31,254 nt of DNA, taken from an uncultured Deinococcales bacterium (GTDB lineage: Bacteria; Deinococcota; Deinococci; Deinococcales; JAAFIG01). Each line of letters starts with the position of its first letter. Position 1 is the first letter of the stretch. Location: the NCBI GenBank assembly GCA_964247135.1, contig CAXTTL010000029.1, positions 1 through 31,254 of the forward strand, in the 5' to 3' direction. Shown piece by piece: positions 18,580 to 28,445 of this stretch. A program made the translations under genes and the position numbers. Under the pieces are notes generated by a model. It searched no databases. It was not told the origin of the DNA and worked only from the letters and a program-made list of their open reading frames with translations.

Positions 18580-19508
18580 TGCTCTCTCGGGTTGCCGAAA
18601 GTTTATTCTGGATTGCGCGGTACATCGAACGCGCCGAAAACATTGCCAGGCTCTTGGACGTGAACTACTACGCCACGCTCGAGGGGGCAGGACTGGTCAC
18701 CCAGCAATGGTCACCCCTGCTGGCGATTACAGGCTCACAAGAGGAGTTCAAAGCCAAGGGTTACCGCGCCGACGCAAGAACCGTACCAAACTGGTTGGCG
18801 TTCGATCCCAGCAATCCCTCGAGCATCCGCAGTTGCATCGCTCAAGCCCGCGAGAACGCCCGAGCGCTGCGCGACCGAATCTCGAGCGAAATGTGGGAGT
18901 GCATCAACAGCGCCTATCACAAACTTTGCTTTGGCACCGAACACGTTTTGCCCAACGACGAGTTGCACCAATACTGCGTGACCGTGCGCGACGCCAGCCA
19001 CCTGTTTTTCGGCATTGCCTTCGCCACCTTGCCGCGCGATCAGGGCTGGCAATTTTTGCAGGCGGGACAACACCTCGAGCGCGGCGATGCCCTGTTGCGG
19101 CTCTTGCAAGTCAGGTACAAAAACACGGGCGGAGCAGCCGTCGCCGAAGCTTTAGAGAATCACCGTTGGATGGCAGTCCTGAAAACCGCCAGCGCCTACG
19201 AGGCTTACCGCAAAAGCAAAGCCCGCCTCGAGCCTAGGGGTATCGCCGAATTTTTGCTGCTCGAACCAGACTTTCCGCGCAGCGTCCGCTACTGCGCCGA
19301 AACCCTCTGCGCCGCCCTCGAACTGATCGCCGAAGCCAACCGCAGCGGCAAACGCGACGCCCTGCGCGAAGTCGGTTGGCTCGCCGCGAAACTCGAGTAC
19401 GCGCAAATCGATCAGATTTTAGACCTTGAAAACCCCAGTCTCGAGCAATTGCTGGGCGATTTTAACGCGGTGGGTGCGGCGGTCTACCGAGCCTATTTTA
19501 GCAATTAG
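18579..19508 (+). CDS. Alpha-E domain protein
   Basis: [41 protein letters not shown]. Confidence 0.92.
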   Translation: MLSRVAESLFWIARYIERAENIARLLDVNYYATLEGAGLVTQQWSPLLAITGSQEEFKAKGYRADARTVPNWLAFDPSNPSSIRSCIAQARENARALRDRISSEMWECINSAYHKLCFGTEHVLPNDELHQYCVTVRDASHLFFGIAFATLPRDQGWQFLQAGQHLERGDALLRLLQVRYKNTGGAAVAEALENHRWMAVLKTASAYEAYRKSKARLEPRGIAEFLLLEPDFPRSVRYCAETLCAALELIAEANRSGKRDALREVGWLAAKLEYAQIDQILDLENPSLEQLLGDFNAVGAAVYRAYFSN

Positions 19509-19588
19509 CAAACCCAGCTTCTTTGGGTACGAGAAAATGATTTTGGCTTATCGCTTAAAGCTTGGAGCTTAGAGCCAAAGGGGTTTCA

Positions 19589-20416
19589 GTGCGAGCCAAC
19601 ATCCATCACATCACCGAATACCGTTACCCCGAACCCGCCTTCGATTCGTTTAACGAACTGCGCCTGAAACCGATTGAAGACTCGAGACAGAGCGTGCTGT
19701 CATTTCAGTTGCGACTCGAGCCGAACGTGCCCGTTTACTCGCACCTGGATTATTACGGCACGACCCTGCATCACTTTCATGTGCTCGAGAAGCACACCAT
19801 CTTGAGGATTGAAACTAAAGCGTTGGTCGTCACGCACGCCATGACCCAACCGATTGGGCAACCCGCCAGCGTCCTCGAGCCGCACCGAATACCGAACATT
19901 GAATACCTGACCACCAGCCCTCGCGTGCCGCTCGAGTTTGACTGGGCGATCATTTTGGGCTGGCACAAGCTTGGGACAGCGGAAGATTATGTCGCGTACC
20001 TGGACGGTCTGAACTCGCATTTACACTCGAGATTTACCTATCAATCTGGGTTCACAAAAGTGGACACGCCCTTGCTCGAGTTTGTGCAGGGTGGCATTGG
20101 CGTCTGCCAAGATTACGCCCACGCCATGCTCGCCGTGGCGCGAAGCAACGGCATTCCAGCGCGGTACGTCAGCGGTTACGTTTACGCTGGCAGCGATTTT
20201 GTTGGCGCGGAAGCCACCCATGCTTGGCTCGAGTGTTTGATTCCAGGTTACGGCTGGCTTGGCTTTGACCCGACCAACAACACCCGCATCAACGAATCGC
20301 ACATCAAAATTGGGCATGGACGCGATTACGACGATGTACCACCCTTGCGCGGATTGCGGCGCGGTGGGGGCATAGAATCGATTGGGGTTGAGGTTTCGGT
20401 GGATGTTCAACAGTAA
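19589..20416 (+). CDS. Transglutaminase-like protein (Bact_transglu_N plus catalytic core)
   Basis: H.TEY.Y, GVCQDYAH, IPARYVSGY, HAW.E, GFDPTN, GRDY.DV.P. Confidence 0.92.
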   Translation: MRANIHHITEYRYPEPAFDSFNELRLKPIEDSRQSVLSFQLRLEPNVPVYSHLDYYGTTLHHFHVLEKHTILRIETKALVVTHAMTQPIGQPASVLEPHRIPNIEYLTTSPRVPLEFDWAIILGWHKLGTAEDYVAYLDGLNSHLHSRFTYQSGFTKVDTPLLEFVQGGIGVCQDYAHAMLAVARSNGIPARYVSGYVYAGSDFVGAEATHAWLECLIPGYGWLGFDPTNNTRINESHIKIGHGRDYDDVPPLRGLRRGGGIESIGVEVSVDVQQ

Positions 20417-20430
20417 TCAGAGTCTCGAGT

Positions 20431-20859
20431 TTAAAGAATACCCAATCGCTGCCGCATTGGATGATCTTCACTGAACTCGAGCAAATCCCAGAGGTTGCCG
20501 TACAAATCCTTAAAAACTGCAACCGTGCCGTATTCATCGGTTTTTGGTTCGCGCACAAACTCAATTCCCTTGGCAAGAAACGCTCGATAATCACGCCAAA
20601 AATCATCGGTGGCGAGAAACAAGAAAACGCGCCCACCCGCCTGATGACCAACAAATTTTTCCTGCTCTGGTTTGGACGCTCGAGCCAGCAACAAGGTCGC
20701 GCCGCCCGATTCGGCTGGAGCGATCACCACCCAGCGTTTATCCTGCGCGGGTTGATAGGTGTCCTCGAACAGCACAAAGCCGAGTTTTTGCGTGTAAAAA
20801 GCGATGGCTTCGTCGTAATCACGAACCACCAAAGCCATGTGCGCGATGCCACGTTTCAT
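20431..20859 (-). CDS. VOC/glyoxalase family protein, leaderless
   Basis: ALVVRDYDEAIAFY, KRWV, YGTVAVFKDLYGNLWDL; TATCAT-N6-ATG. Confidence 0.9.
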   Translation of the reverse strand: MKRGIAHMALVVRDYDEAIAFYTQKLGFVLFEDTYQPAQDKRWVVIAPAESGGATLLLARASKPEQEKFVGHQAGGRVFLFLATDDFWRDYRAFLAKGIEFVREPKTDEYGTVAVFKDLYGNLWDLLEFSEDHPMRQRLGIL

Positions 20860-20912
20860 GGATTGATGATACCTGACTCGAGGACTTGGGATTTGATGTT
20901 GGGCTAAAAAAG

Positions 20913-20988
20913 TGGTGCGCCCAACGGGACTCGAACCCGTAATCGTCGGCTTATAAGACCGATGCTCTAACCATTGAGCTATGGGCGC
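20913..20988 (-). tRNA. tRNA-Ile with anticodon UAU
   Basis: Cloverleaf GCGCCCA/TGGGCGC, D-stem GCTC/GAGC, anticodon loop CT-TAT-AA, T-loop TTCGAGT, A73, encoded CCA; 76 nt. Confidence 0.9.
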
Positions 20989-21128
20989 AATGGAAAGGTA
21001 TTCGGTGTAAGTCGAGTTTCACAGTCAGAAAATATCACGTTTCTCGAGAAACCACAAACAGAATTTTCGGGCGCATCTCGAGGACGTAAGTGACGGTGCG
21101 CATGGCGCACCCTACAAATCTCGAGCGA

Positions 21129-21731
21129 TCACAACCAACCCTTTTCCCTGGCAATTCTTGCCGCCTCGATACGGTTGTTCGCGCCAAGTTTGGCGATGGC
21201 TTCGGACAAATAATTGCGGATTGTTCCCTCAGAAAGTTTCAAACTGCCCGCAATCTCGAGGCTGCTTTGACCCTCACTGGCATAGCGCAAGACTTGGCGT
21301 TCACGGTCTGTCAGCGGATCGGCTTCGCTCCAGGCTTCAAGCGCCAAACTTGGGTCTATCGCTCGAGCGCCCGCATGAACGCGGCGCACGGCGTCGGCAA
21401 GGTCGGCGGCGGGAGCATCCTTCAGGAGATATCCCGTCGCGCCAGCCTCGAGCGCACGGCGCAAGTAACCCGCTCGGGCGAAGGTCGTGACGATCACGAC
21501 TTTGGTTTTGAGGTTGTGTTTTTTGACCTCGAGCGCGAGTTCCAAACCCGTCATTTTGGGCATTTCGATGTCGGTCAGCAGAACATCGGGTTGGAGTTTT
21601 TGGGTTTGCTCGAGGGCTTCAAGACCGTTCTGGGCTTGGAAGATCACCTCAATGTCACCTTCAAGCTCGAGCAGTGCAGACAGTGCACCACGCACCAAGG
21701 CTTGGTCTTCGGCGAGGATCACCCGAATCAT
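21129..21731 (-). CDS. NarL/LuxR family response regulator (DesR/YvfU-like)
   Basis: LAEDQ, TDIEMP, GYLLK, LTDRE, LSEGTIRNYLS HTH. Confidence 0.92.
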   Translation of the reverse strand: MIRVILAEDQALVRGALSALLELEGDIEVIFQAQNGLEALEQTQKLQPDVLLTDIEMPKMTGLELALEVKKHNLKTKVVIVTTFARAGYLRRALEAGATGYLLKDAPAADLADAVRRVHAGARAIDPSLALEAWSEADPLTDRERQVLRYASEGQSSLEIAGSLKLSEGTIRNYLSEAIAKLGANNRIEAARIAREKGWL

Positions 21732-21777
21732 GGTGACCCAAAAAGAATTTTGGTTGAAAGTTTAAAATATTCGATCA

Positions 21778-22917
21778 TCAAAGCACCTCGAGTTGCGCAG
21801 GATTTGGATTGGATTCGGTGGCACCGCTTAAGGCAAGCTTCACGCTGATGCCCCGTTTGCCGCTCGAGGTGATAAGGGCAAACTCACCTGCCAGGGCTGC
21901 GACCCGTTCTCGCATTCCGGCAATGCCGTTGCCTTCGGTTAGCTCGAGTTGCGTATCGTCATAAATCTCGAGCATCACGAATTGATTTTTTTGCTCCAAG
22001 CTGACAAAACAGGTTTTGGCATGGCTGTGCCTCACCACGTTGGTGATCGCCTCGCGCAAAATAAACGCCAGGGTTTGCTCGGTCGCCCATTCCAATTCGA
22101 GCGGCACGATGAACGGCTCGAGCTTGATTTGTGCCGCCTCGAGCGCCAAGGAAATGTTGGCGAGTTCGGCTTCGAGTCCACTCGAGCGGTACCCGCGCAC
22201 GGCGCTACGGACTTCGGACAGGGCTTCGCGGCTGATCCGTTCGACATCACGGATTTCGGCGATGGCTTTGGCAGGATTTTTTTCGGCGAGCTTGCTGGCG
22301 AGTTCGGACTTTAAGACGATCACCGAAAGCGTGTGCCCGAGCAAATCGTGAAGGTCACGCGCAATCCGTTCGCGTTCGGCAACTTTGGCAATGCGTGAAA
22401 CCTCATCTTGCGAGCGCCTGAGTTTTCGCTTGGTCATCATTTCTTGATAACCCATGTGGTTGCCCAAAGCCGCAATGATGGTCGAGATTGGAATGCTCCA
22501 GATCAACCAACCAGAACCAGCCAGTGCGAAATACAGTGTCGCAACAAAAGCAATGGCAATGCTGACCAGAGCGGGTCGAATGCTTTTTTGAAAACCTGCG
22601 AACGAACCCGCGTAAACCAAAAACCCCATACTGTCACCCTGAACGACCAGCCACAACAAACCCAGAATGACGTAACTCGAGATCATGCCAATCAAACTTG
22701 GCATCTGATACGGTTGCTCGAGGTTGATGTCCGAGCGACGAACCCAAAAAAACGCCCAGAGGAAAATCGCAATAAAAACAACGATCCAAAAAAAACTGTA
22801 AAAATACTGGAGCAGCGGTCGTGGTTGATTGACCAAAGCTACGATTGGGAAGCTCAAAAACACCAACCACACCAACGGAAACCAACGTGTCAAGGTATTG
22901 GGATTTGGGTTTGTCAT
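21778..22917 (-). CDS. HisKA_3 sensor histidine kinase (DesK/YvfT-like)
   Basis: Several TM segments, ERERIARDLHDLLGHTLS, REAITNVVRHS, GNGIAGMRER. Confidence 0.92.
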   Translation of the reverse strand: MTNPNPNTLTRWFPLVWLVFLSFPIVALVNQPRPLLQYFYSFFWIVVFIAIFLWAFFWVRRSDINLEQPYQMPSLIGMISSYVILGLLWLVVQGDSMGFLVYAGSFAGFQKSIRPALVSIAIAFVATLYFALAGSGWLIWSIPISTIIAALGNHMGYQEMMTKRKLRRSQDEVSRIAKVAERERIARDLHDLLGHTLSVIVLKSELASKLAEKNPAKAIAEIRDVERISREALSEVRSAVRGYRSSGLEAELANISLALEAAQIKLEPFIVPLELEWATEQTLAFILREAITNVVRHSHAKTCFVSLEQKNQFVMLEIYDDTQLELTEGNGIAGMRERVAALAGEFALITSSGKRGISVKLALSGATESNPNPAQLEVL

Positions 22918-22938
22918 GATTCCTTCTCGAGAAACAGT

Positions 22939-23742
22939 TTAACCGTACTGCTTGGCTTCGTCACGTTTGTACGCCCAGACCGCCAACGCCAAAAACAGCA
23001 CGGTAAAACCCAAATTCCACATGATGTGCGAGTTGAGGCTGGCGCTGTCACCCGCGCCCAAAGTGTGCCAAGCCAGTTGACCGCTGTGATAGGCGGGCAG
23101 GTACGGCGCGATGTCTTGGACAAACTGTGGCAGGTTCTTGATCGGCAAAAAGATGCCTGAGGCGAACGACATCGGTAAGAAAATCAGTTGCGTGATCGGC
23201 GTGGCACTTTGTGGGTTGCCAAGATAACCAATGAACAAGCCCAGCGCCACGAAGGGCATCATGCCGAGCATGATTCTGGCGGTCAGCAACAACCAAGTCT
23301 CGAGTGGGAGTGAAATGTGCGCGACCAGAATTCCAAAAATAAACAATGCCCCAAGTGTGAATAAGCCCGACAGCATCGCCGTGATAATTTTCGCGCTGAA
23401 GTACATGATTGGGTGCATCGGTGTTGCGCGGGTCAAACGATTCCAGCCCAAACCGCGCTCGGCGGCAATGCCGACCCCGAAACCGAACAGGGCTGCCGAA
23501 AGCATTCCATAAGTCCCATATGAAGCCAGCAAATACGCGCCGAGCTTAACCCCATTGCCAATGTTTTCTTTGGCGTTGGGCAAACCAAAGAGCGTAAAGA
23601 ACATGATCGGGAACAAAACGGTGGGAATCAAAAAACCTGGGTTGCGCAGCAAACGAATGACCTCGCAGTACAACTGATAGCCCAGCGGTTTGAACGGATT
23701 GTAAGCTCGAGCAGGCATATTTTTGGGGTTCAGAACAGTCAT
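22939..23742 (-). CDS. ABC-2 type permease (YvfS-like)
   Basis: Multiple TM segments, ERGLGW.RL.RATP, LPAYH. Confidence 0.88.
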   Translation of the reverse strand: MTVLNPKNMPARAYNPFKPLGYQLYCEVIRLLRNPGFLIPTVLFPIMFFTLFGLPNAKENIGNGVKLGAYLLASYGTYGMLSAALFGFGVGIAAERGLGWNRLTRATPMHPIMYFSAKIITAMLSGLFTLGALFIFGILVAHISLPLETWLLLTARIMLGMMPFVALGLFIGYLGNPQSATPITQLIFLPMSFASGIFLPIKNLPQFVQDIAPYLPAYHSGQLAWHTLGAGDSASLNSHIMWNLGFTVLFLALAVWAYKRDEAKQYG

Positions 23743-24632
23743 TGTTTTGCTCCTTGTTCGGTGATTTCCATGAAGGCTTCCTCGAGTCCGGCACCCGTCA
23801 CGCTAAGGTTTGAAATCTGCAAGCCAGAAGCGAAAATTTCTTGCAAAACTTTTTCCGGCTCGAGCGTGTACAAGTTCACAGTGTCGGCGGTCTGATTGAA
23901 ACGTTGCACATTCGCCAGTTGTTCGATTGTGCCCACATTTCCAACCTCGAGTTTGAACGAAACGTTCTTGCCACCGACCCGAGATTTGATTTGCGCGGGG
24001 CTGCCCTGCGCCACGATCTCGCCTTTGTTGATGACAATGATTCGGTTTGCCAGCGCGTCGGCTTCCTCGAGGTAATGCGTGGTCAGGATCACGGTTTTGC
24101 CCGTTTTGGCAAAGATTGAGATTTCTTGCCAGAACGCGCGACGCGATTCGACATCGAGTGCCACGCTGGGTTCGTCCAGAAACAAGACATCGGGATTGCC
24201 GCAAATGGCGAGTGCAAAATACAGGCGTTGCTTCTGCCCACCCGAAAGCGTGGAGGCGATGGCATTGGTTTTCTCGGTCAAATTTGCCATCTCGAGCACC
24301 TTGGAAACCATCAAGGGCGCGTTGTAAAACTGGGTGAACAACTGAATCAACTCGCGCACCTTCAACAATCCTGGCACGCCCGATTCTTGCAGCATCACCC
24401 CGATTCGCGCACGGTTTTTGGGTTCTCGAGGGTTCTGCCCAAAAATTCTGGCATTGCCGCTCGAGGGTGAACGCAAACCAAGCATGATGCTGATGGCGGT
24501 GGTTTTTCCCGCGCCGTTCGGTCCGAGAAACGCGACGACCTCACCCGAATCAACTTTGATTGACACGTTGCGAAGTGCTTGAACACTTCCAAAAGATTTA
24601 CTGGCATTCTCGAGTTCAACCGCCAAAGTCAT
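23739..24632 (-). CDS. ABC transporter ATP-binding protein (YvfR-like)
   Basis: GPNGAGKTT, LSGGQKQR, LFLDEP, TTHYLEEA; AGGAGG SD before ATG 24632. Confidence 0.92.
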   Translation of the reverse strand: MTLAVELENASKSFGSVQALRNVSIKVDSGEVVAFLGPNGAGKTTAISIMLGLRSPSSGNARIFGQNPREPKNRARIGVMLQESGVPGLLKVRELIQLFTQFYNAPLMVSKVLEMANLTEKTNAIASTLSGGQKQRLYFALAICGNPDVLFLDEPSVALDVESRRAFWQEISIFAKTGKTVILTTHYLEEADALANRIIVINKGEIVAQGSPAQIKSRVGGKNVSFKLEVGNVGTIEQLANVQRFNQTADTVNLYTLEPEKVLQEIFASGLQISNLSVTGAGLEEAFMEITEQGAKQ

Positions 24633-24679
24633 AAAATATCCTCCTGCGGTTATTCTCGAGCGTGCCGCATTTTTTAGAC

Positions 24680-24716
24680 AGTGCAGGCTGTCAGAAGCCA
24701 GACATGACAAAAGTCA
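24680..24716 (-). promoter_or_regulatory. Probable DesR/YvfU-type response regulator box
   Basis: TGAC-AAAA-GTCA palindrome (24705-24716) plus degenerate second site TGACAGCCTGCACT upstream of the ABC-TCS operon. Confidence 0.55.
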
Positions 24717-25487
24717 GGTTTGGGCTTCAATCCAAGGCAGCATCTCGAGCAATTGTTTGACCTCGAGCGTGGCGATTGCCGTGCGCGGTTTGAACCCGCG
24801 ATCCAGCCAAACCGTTTTGATGCCCGCGTTGATGCCGCCCTGAACGTCGCGGGCAGCATTGTCGCCCACCATGATGCAAGCCTCGAGCGGTACGTTTAAT
24901 TCGTGCGCAATCCATTCAAAAATTTCTGGGTTGGGTTTACCCACACCAAGTTCCCCAGAGATTGCCACCGCATCAAACCAGGGCGCGAGTCCGCAACCGT
25001 GCCATTTCTGGCGTTGCAAACCAGCCACGCCGTTGGTCACAATTCCCAGTTTGTAGTTTAATTTTAACTGTACCAGCAACTCGTCCGCATCTGGGTAAAG
25101 TGGATACCTGGCACGCAAACCCTGCCAGAGTTGTTCTAAAGCTCGAGCATCGGCGGTTAAACTGCAATCGGTCAGCGCCGCATTCCAGGTTTCAAAACGG
25201 TAATCAACAATGTGCGCCTCGAGCAAAGCCTCAAACTCGAGTTTCGGATCGTAAACCGCCCACAAGCCCTCAAGCGCACTGTGACCAATTCGGGTGGCGT
25301 ACTCGAGGGCTGGGACTGGCAGGGTTTGCCATAAACGCTTCGCATGATGCTCCGCCGATAGCGCGAGTTTCTGGGCTTGTCTTGCATCTCGAGTCACGCT
25401 GAGCGCCACAATCCGAAACGCGTGACTCGATACGGCTTCGTCAAGAATCAAGGTTTCGTCGAGGTCAAACAACACTGCTTTAATCAT
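24714..25487 (-). CDS. HAD family hydrolase
   Basis: LFDLDETL, IVTNG, GKPNPEIF, MVGDN..RDV.GG. Confidence 0.9.
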   Translation of the reverse strand: MIKAVLFDLDETLILDEAVSSHAFRIVALSVTRDARQAQKLALSAEHHAKRLWQTLPVPALEYATRIGHSALEGLWAVYDPKLEFEALLEAHIVDYRFETWNAALTDCSLTADARALEQLWQGLRARYPLYPDADELLVQLKLNYKLGIVTNGVAGLQRQKWHGCGLAPWFDAVAISGELGVGKPNPEIFEWIAHELNVPLEACIMVGDNAARDVQGGINAGIKTVWLDRGFKPRTAIATLEVKQLLEMLPWIEAQT

Positions 25488-25574
25488 TCATTACAGTCTA
25501 CCGATTTTTGAAACTCGAGATTCGATCACGAGGAACATGGCAAGTATTTTCTCAACTCGAGGTAAACTGACTGC

Positions 25575-28445
25575 ATTAAAACGCTGCCTCGAGAAACCAA
25601 TACTTTAGGGCGCTTAAGGGCGCTCGGAAATGTACGGCTCGAGCCGTTTGGGTTCTCTCAAGCCAAGCCGCTGGTGTTGTTGGTGTATGTGGCGCTCGAG
25701 GGTGAGCAGAACCGCGATCATTTGCGCGAGTTGTTCTTCCCGAATGCGAGCGACGCGGCGGGCAGTTTGCGCAGCACCATCAACCGCGTGCGGCAAATTC
25801 TGCCGACGGCGTTTGAGGGTTCAGGCTCGAGGTTGAAAGCCGGCGTGGCGTGTGATGCGGCAGAGGTCTTGTTTGCGCTCGAGCATCAGGATTTGGAACG
25901 GGCGGTCGAACTGTATACCGCGCCGTTTCTCGAGCATTTGGAAATTTCGGAGGTTCACGCCGAGTTGCTCGAGTGGGTTGAATCGATGCGGGCGTATTTG
26001 GCTCGAGGGGTGATCGAGGCGCATTTGACGCTGGCAGAACGAAGCATTGAACGTTCAATTCGAGAAGGGCATCTCGAGGCGGCACGGAACGTTTCTGGTT
26101 TTGAAAATCTCGAGCCAGCCTGGTTGCAACGAATCAAAACGCTCGAAAGCCTCAACCTCGAGGTCACAAAACCTTTGGCAATTCCAAACAACCTCTCGCA
26201 AAGCTCAACCAGTTTTATCGGACGCGCCCGAGAGTCGGCGCACGTGCTCGAGTTGCTGCAAGAGGAAGCCCGCTTGGTGACCCTGGTCGGACCTGGCGGC
26301 GTGGGCAAAACCCGTTTGGCGCTCGAGATTGCACGGCAAAGTTTGCAACTCGAGGGTTTCAGCAACGGTGTGTTCATGGTCATGCTCGAGGCGGTCAATG
26401 ACCTTGAAGCCCTGCTGTCCAGAATCGTTCAAGTTTTGAAATTGAGCCTGAAACCCGACGCACCCGTGCTCGAACAAATCATTGAAGGCATCGGGCAACA
26501 CCAAATCTTGTTGGTGCTCGATAATTTCGAGCACCTGACCGAACACGGTTTTCACCTGACGCTGCTGCTCGAGCGTTGCCCAAACTTGCGCCTGATCGTG
26601 ACCTCCAGAGAACGCCTGAATTTGAACAGCGAATGGATCACGCCGCTCGAAGGTTTAAGTGCAAGCTCCGATCAAGATGCGGCGCTCGAGTTGTTCTTGG
26701 ATCGTGCCGCCAGAATTGGAATGCCCGTTCAGACTCCAGAAGACCGCCAAGATGCCCTCGAGATTTGCAAACTCGTGCACGGTTTTCCGCTGGCGATTGA
26801 ACTTGCCGTGCCGCTGTTACGCGCCCTGGACTTGAGCGAACTGCGTGAAGATTTAAGCCGCAACCTCGACCTTTTGGACAACACTTTGCGCGACACGCCC
26901 GAACGTCACCGCAGCATCCGCGCCGTGTTCGAGCATTCTTGGAAGATGCTGACCCCACCCGAGCAACATGCCCTGGCGCAACTCGCTGTGTTCAGGGGCG
27001 GCGCAACCCGAGAAGCCATTGGCGCAATCAACGCCACCAAATTGCAAACCCTGGCAAACCTGACCGACAAGAGTTTGGTGCAACGCGACGAAACCAATCG
27101 TTTTGGCATTCACCCACTTTTGTACCAATTCACGCTTGAAAAACTGCTCGAGCTTGCCGATTTTGCCAGCAGTTTTGAACGTCACAGCGATTATTATTTA
27201 ACCAAACTCGAGCGAGACACCGCCCAAATTCGCGGGTCTGAAGCCGCGAGTGCCATGCGCAACATCGAAACCGAACTCGAGAATATTCGGGCGGCATGGT
27301 CGCACGCGATTCAAAACCATCAAGCCCCAAGGCTCGAGAAAGTGCAAGATTTGGTGGTGTTTTTCGATCAACGCTCGAGGTACGCCGAGGGTTTGATTTG
27401 GTTTGAAGAAGCGATTACCAAACTCGAGTTGGACATGACCGCACCGCTTGCCCTGGCTGGAATGCTGGTCGGTGCGGCGTGGTTGCATTACCGATTGCGG
27501 CAAAGCCAAGAAGCGGAACAGAAAGCCCAACGTGCGGCAGATTTGGCTCGAGCGATGGGTGAAAGTGCTGAGGAGATTTTGTCCAAGGCTTTAAATACAC
27601 TTGGAAGCATCGCATTGTTTATGCACAATTATCAGAATGCCGTGCTCTTTGGAGAAGAAGCTTTAGAACTTACCAAAAAAAGTGGTGATTCCGCTCGAGA
27701 GGCAATTTGCCTTATCAATTTGGCAAATGCGGAAAAAATGCTTAAATTATTCCATAACGCAAAAAAGCGGTATGAAGAAGCTTTATTGATTTCTCAAGAT
27801 GGTAAAAATGATCGTGTCAGCATTCTTGCACATGTCAATTTGACCAATTTACTTATCTTTGATACGAGTGAAAAAGACTATTCGCGAATAATCTTTTTAG
27901 CAAAAAATGGTTTGGATTTGGCAGAAAAAAACAATGATACTTTGGCGATTATTCATCTCCGTTGGCAGTTGAGCTTGGCTTATTTTAATATTTCAGATTT
28001 TGAAGAGTCTAAAAAAATTGCTGAAACAATCTACGTAGAAGCAGTAAAATCAAATGTACCTGATTTTCAAGTTTTAGTTTTAAACATTCAAGGTCGAATT
28101 GCACTAGCGTATGGAAAAGCTGAAGAAGCAAAAACTTTTCTTATTGCTGGGTTAAAACTTGCACATAACATTGACGAGATTCCTAGGGTTTTAGACACAC
28201 TTATCTACTTTGCAGACCTTGAGAGTCGTTATGGTAAAATTTCTCGAGCAATTCGATATCTTCAAACCGTTATACACCACCCGCTTTTACATGATGCACA
28301 AATCAAAGAAAACCAAGCGATTTTTGATCGCTTGGTTATTGAGAAACCTATTTTGTCTCGAGGTGTGCATCCAGAATATTCTATTCAAGACATTGTGCAT
28401 GAAATATTACTTGAGGATACTACCGAATCAACCGTAGTGATTTAA
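25575..28445 (+). CDS. SARP/BTAD-NB-ARC(STAND)-TPR regulator; ORF-track GTG 25674 start is probably internal
   Basis: N-terminal LRALG.VRLE...KPLVLLVYVALEG...R.HL.ELFFP; Walker A GPGGVGKT; Walker B LLVLDNFEH; VTSRE; GFPLAIELA; IHPLL; C-terminal TPR-like repeats (ALNTLG, CLINLA, VLNIQG). Confidence 0.85.
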   Translation: MKTLPRETNTLGRLRALGNVRLEPFGFSQAKPLVLLVYVALEGEQNRDHLRELFFPNASDAAGSLRSTINRVRQILPTAFEGSGSRLKAGVACDAAEVLFALEHQDLERAVELYTAPFLEHLEISEVHAELLEWVESMRAYLARGVIEAHLTLAERSIERSIREGHLEAARNVSGFENLEPAWLQRIKTLESLNLEVTKPLAIPNNLSQSSTSFIGRARESAHVLELLQEEARLVTLVGPGGVGKTRLALEIARQSLQLEGFSNGVFMVMLEAVNDLEALLSRIVQVLKLSLKPDAPVLEQIIEGIGQHQILLVLDNFEHLTEHGFHLTLLLERCPNLRLIVTSRERLNLNSEWITPLEGLSASSDQDAALELFLDRAARIGMPVQTPEDRQDALEICKLVHGFPLAIELAVPLLRALDLSELREDLSRNLDLLDNTLRDTPERHRSIRAVFEHSWKMLTPPEQHALAQLAVFRGGATREAIGAINATKLQTLANLTDKSLVQRDETNRFGIHPLLYQFTLEKLLELADFASSFERHSDYYLTKLERDTAQIRGSEAASAMRNIETELENIRAAWSHAIQNHQAPRLEKVQDLVVFFDQRSRYAEGLIWFEEAITKLELDMTAPLALAGMLVGAAWLHYRLRQSQEAEQKAQRAADLARAMGESAEEILSKALNTLGSIALFMHNYQNAVLFGEEALELTKKSGDSAREAICLINLANAEKMLKLFHNAKKRYEEALLISQDGKNDRVSILAHVNLTNLLIFDTSEKDYSRIIFLAKNGLDLAEKNNDTLAIIHLRWQLSLAYFNISDFEESKKIAETIYVEAVKSNVPDFQVLVLNIQGRIALAYGKAEEAKTFLIAGLKLAHNIDEIPRVLDTLIYFADLESRYGKISRAIRYLQTVIHHPLLHDAQIKENQAIFDRLVIEKPILSRGVHPEYSIQDIVHEILLEDTTESTVVI

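Noticed and set aside
20913-21128. tRNA as integration site of an island
   Set aside because: No integrase and no duplicated tRNA 3' end seen in the window
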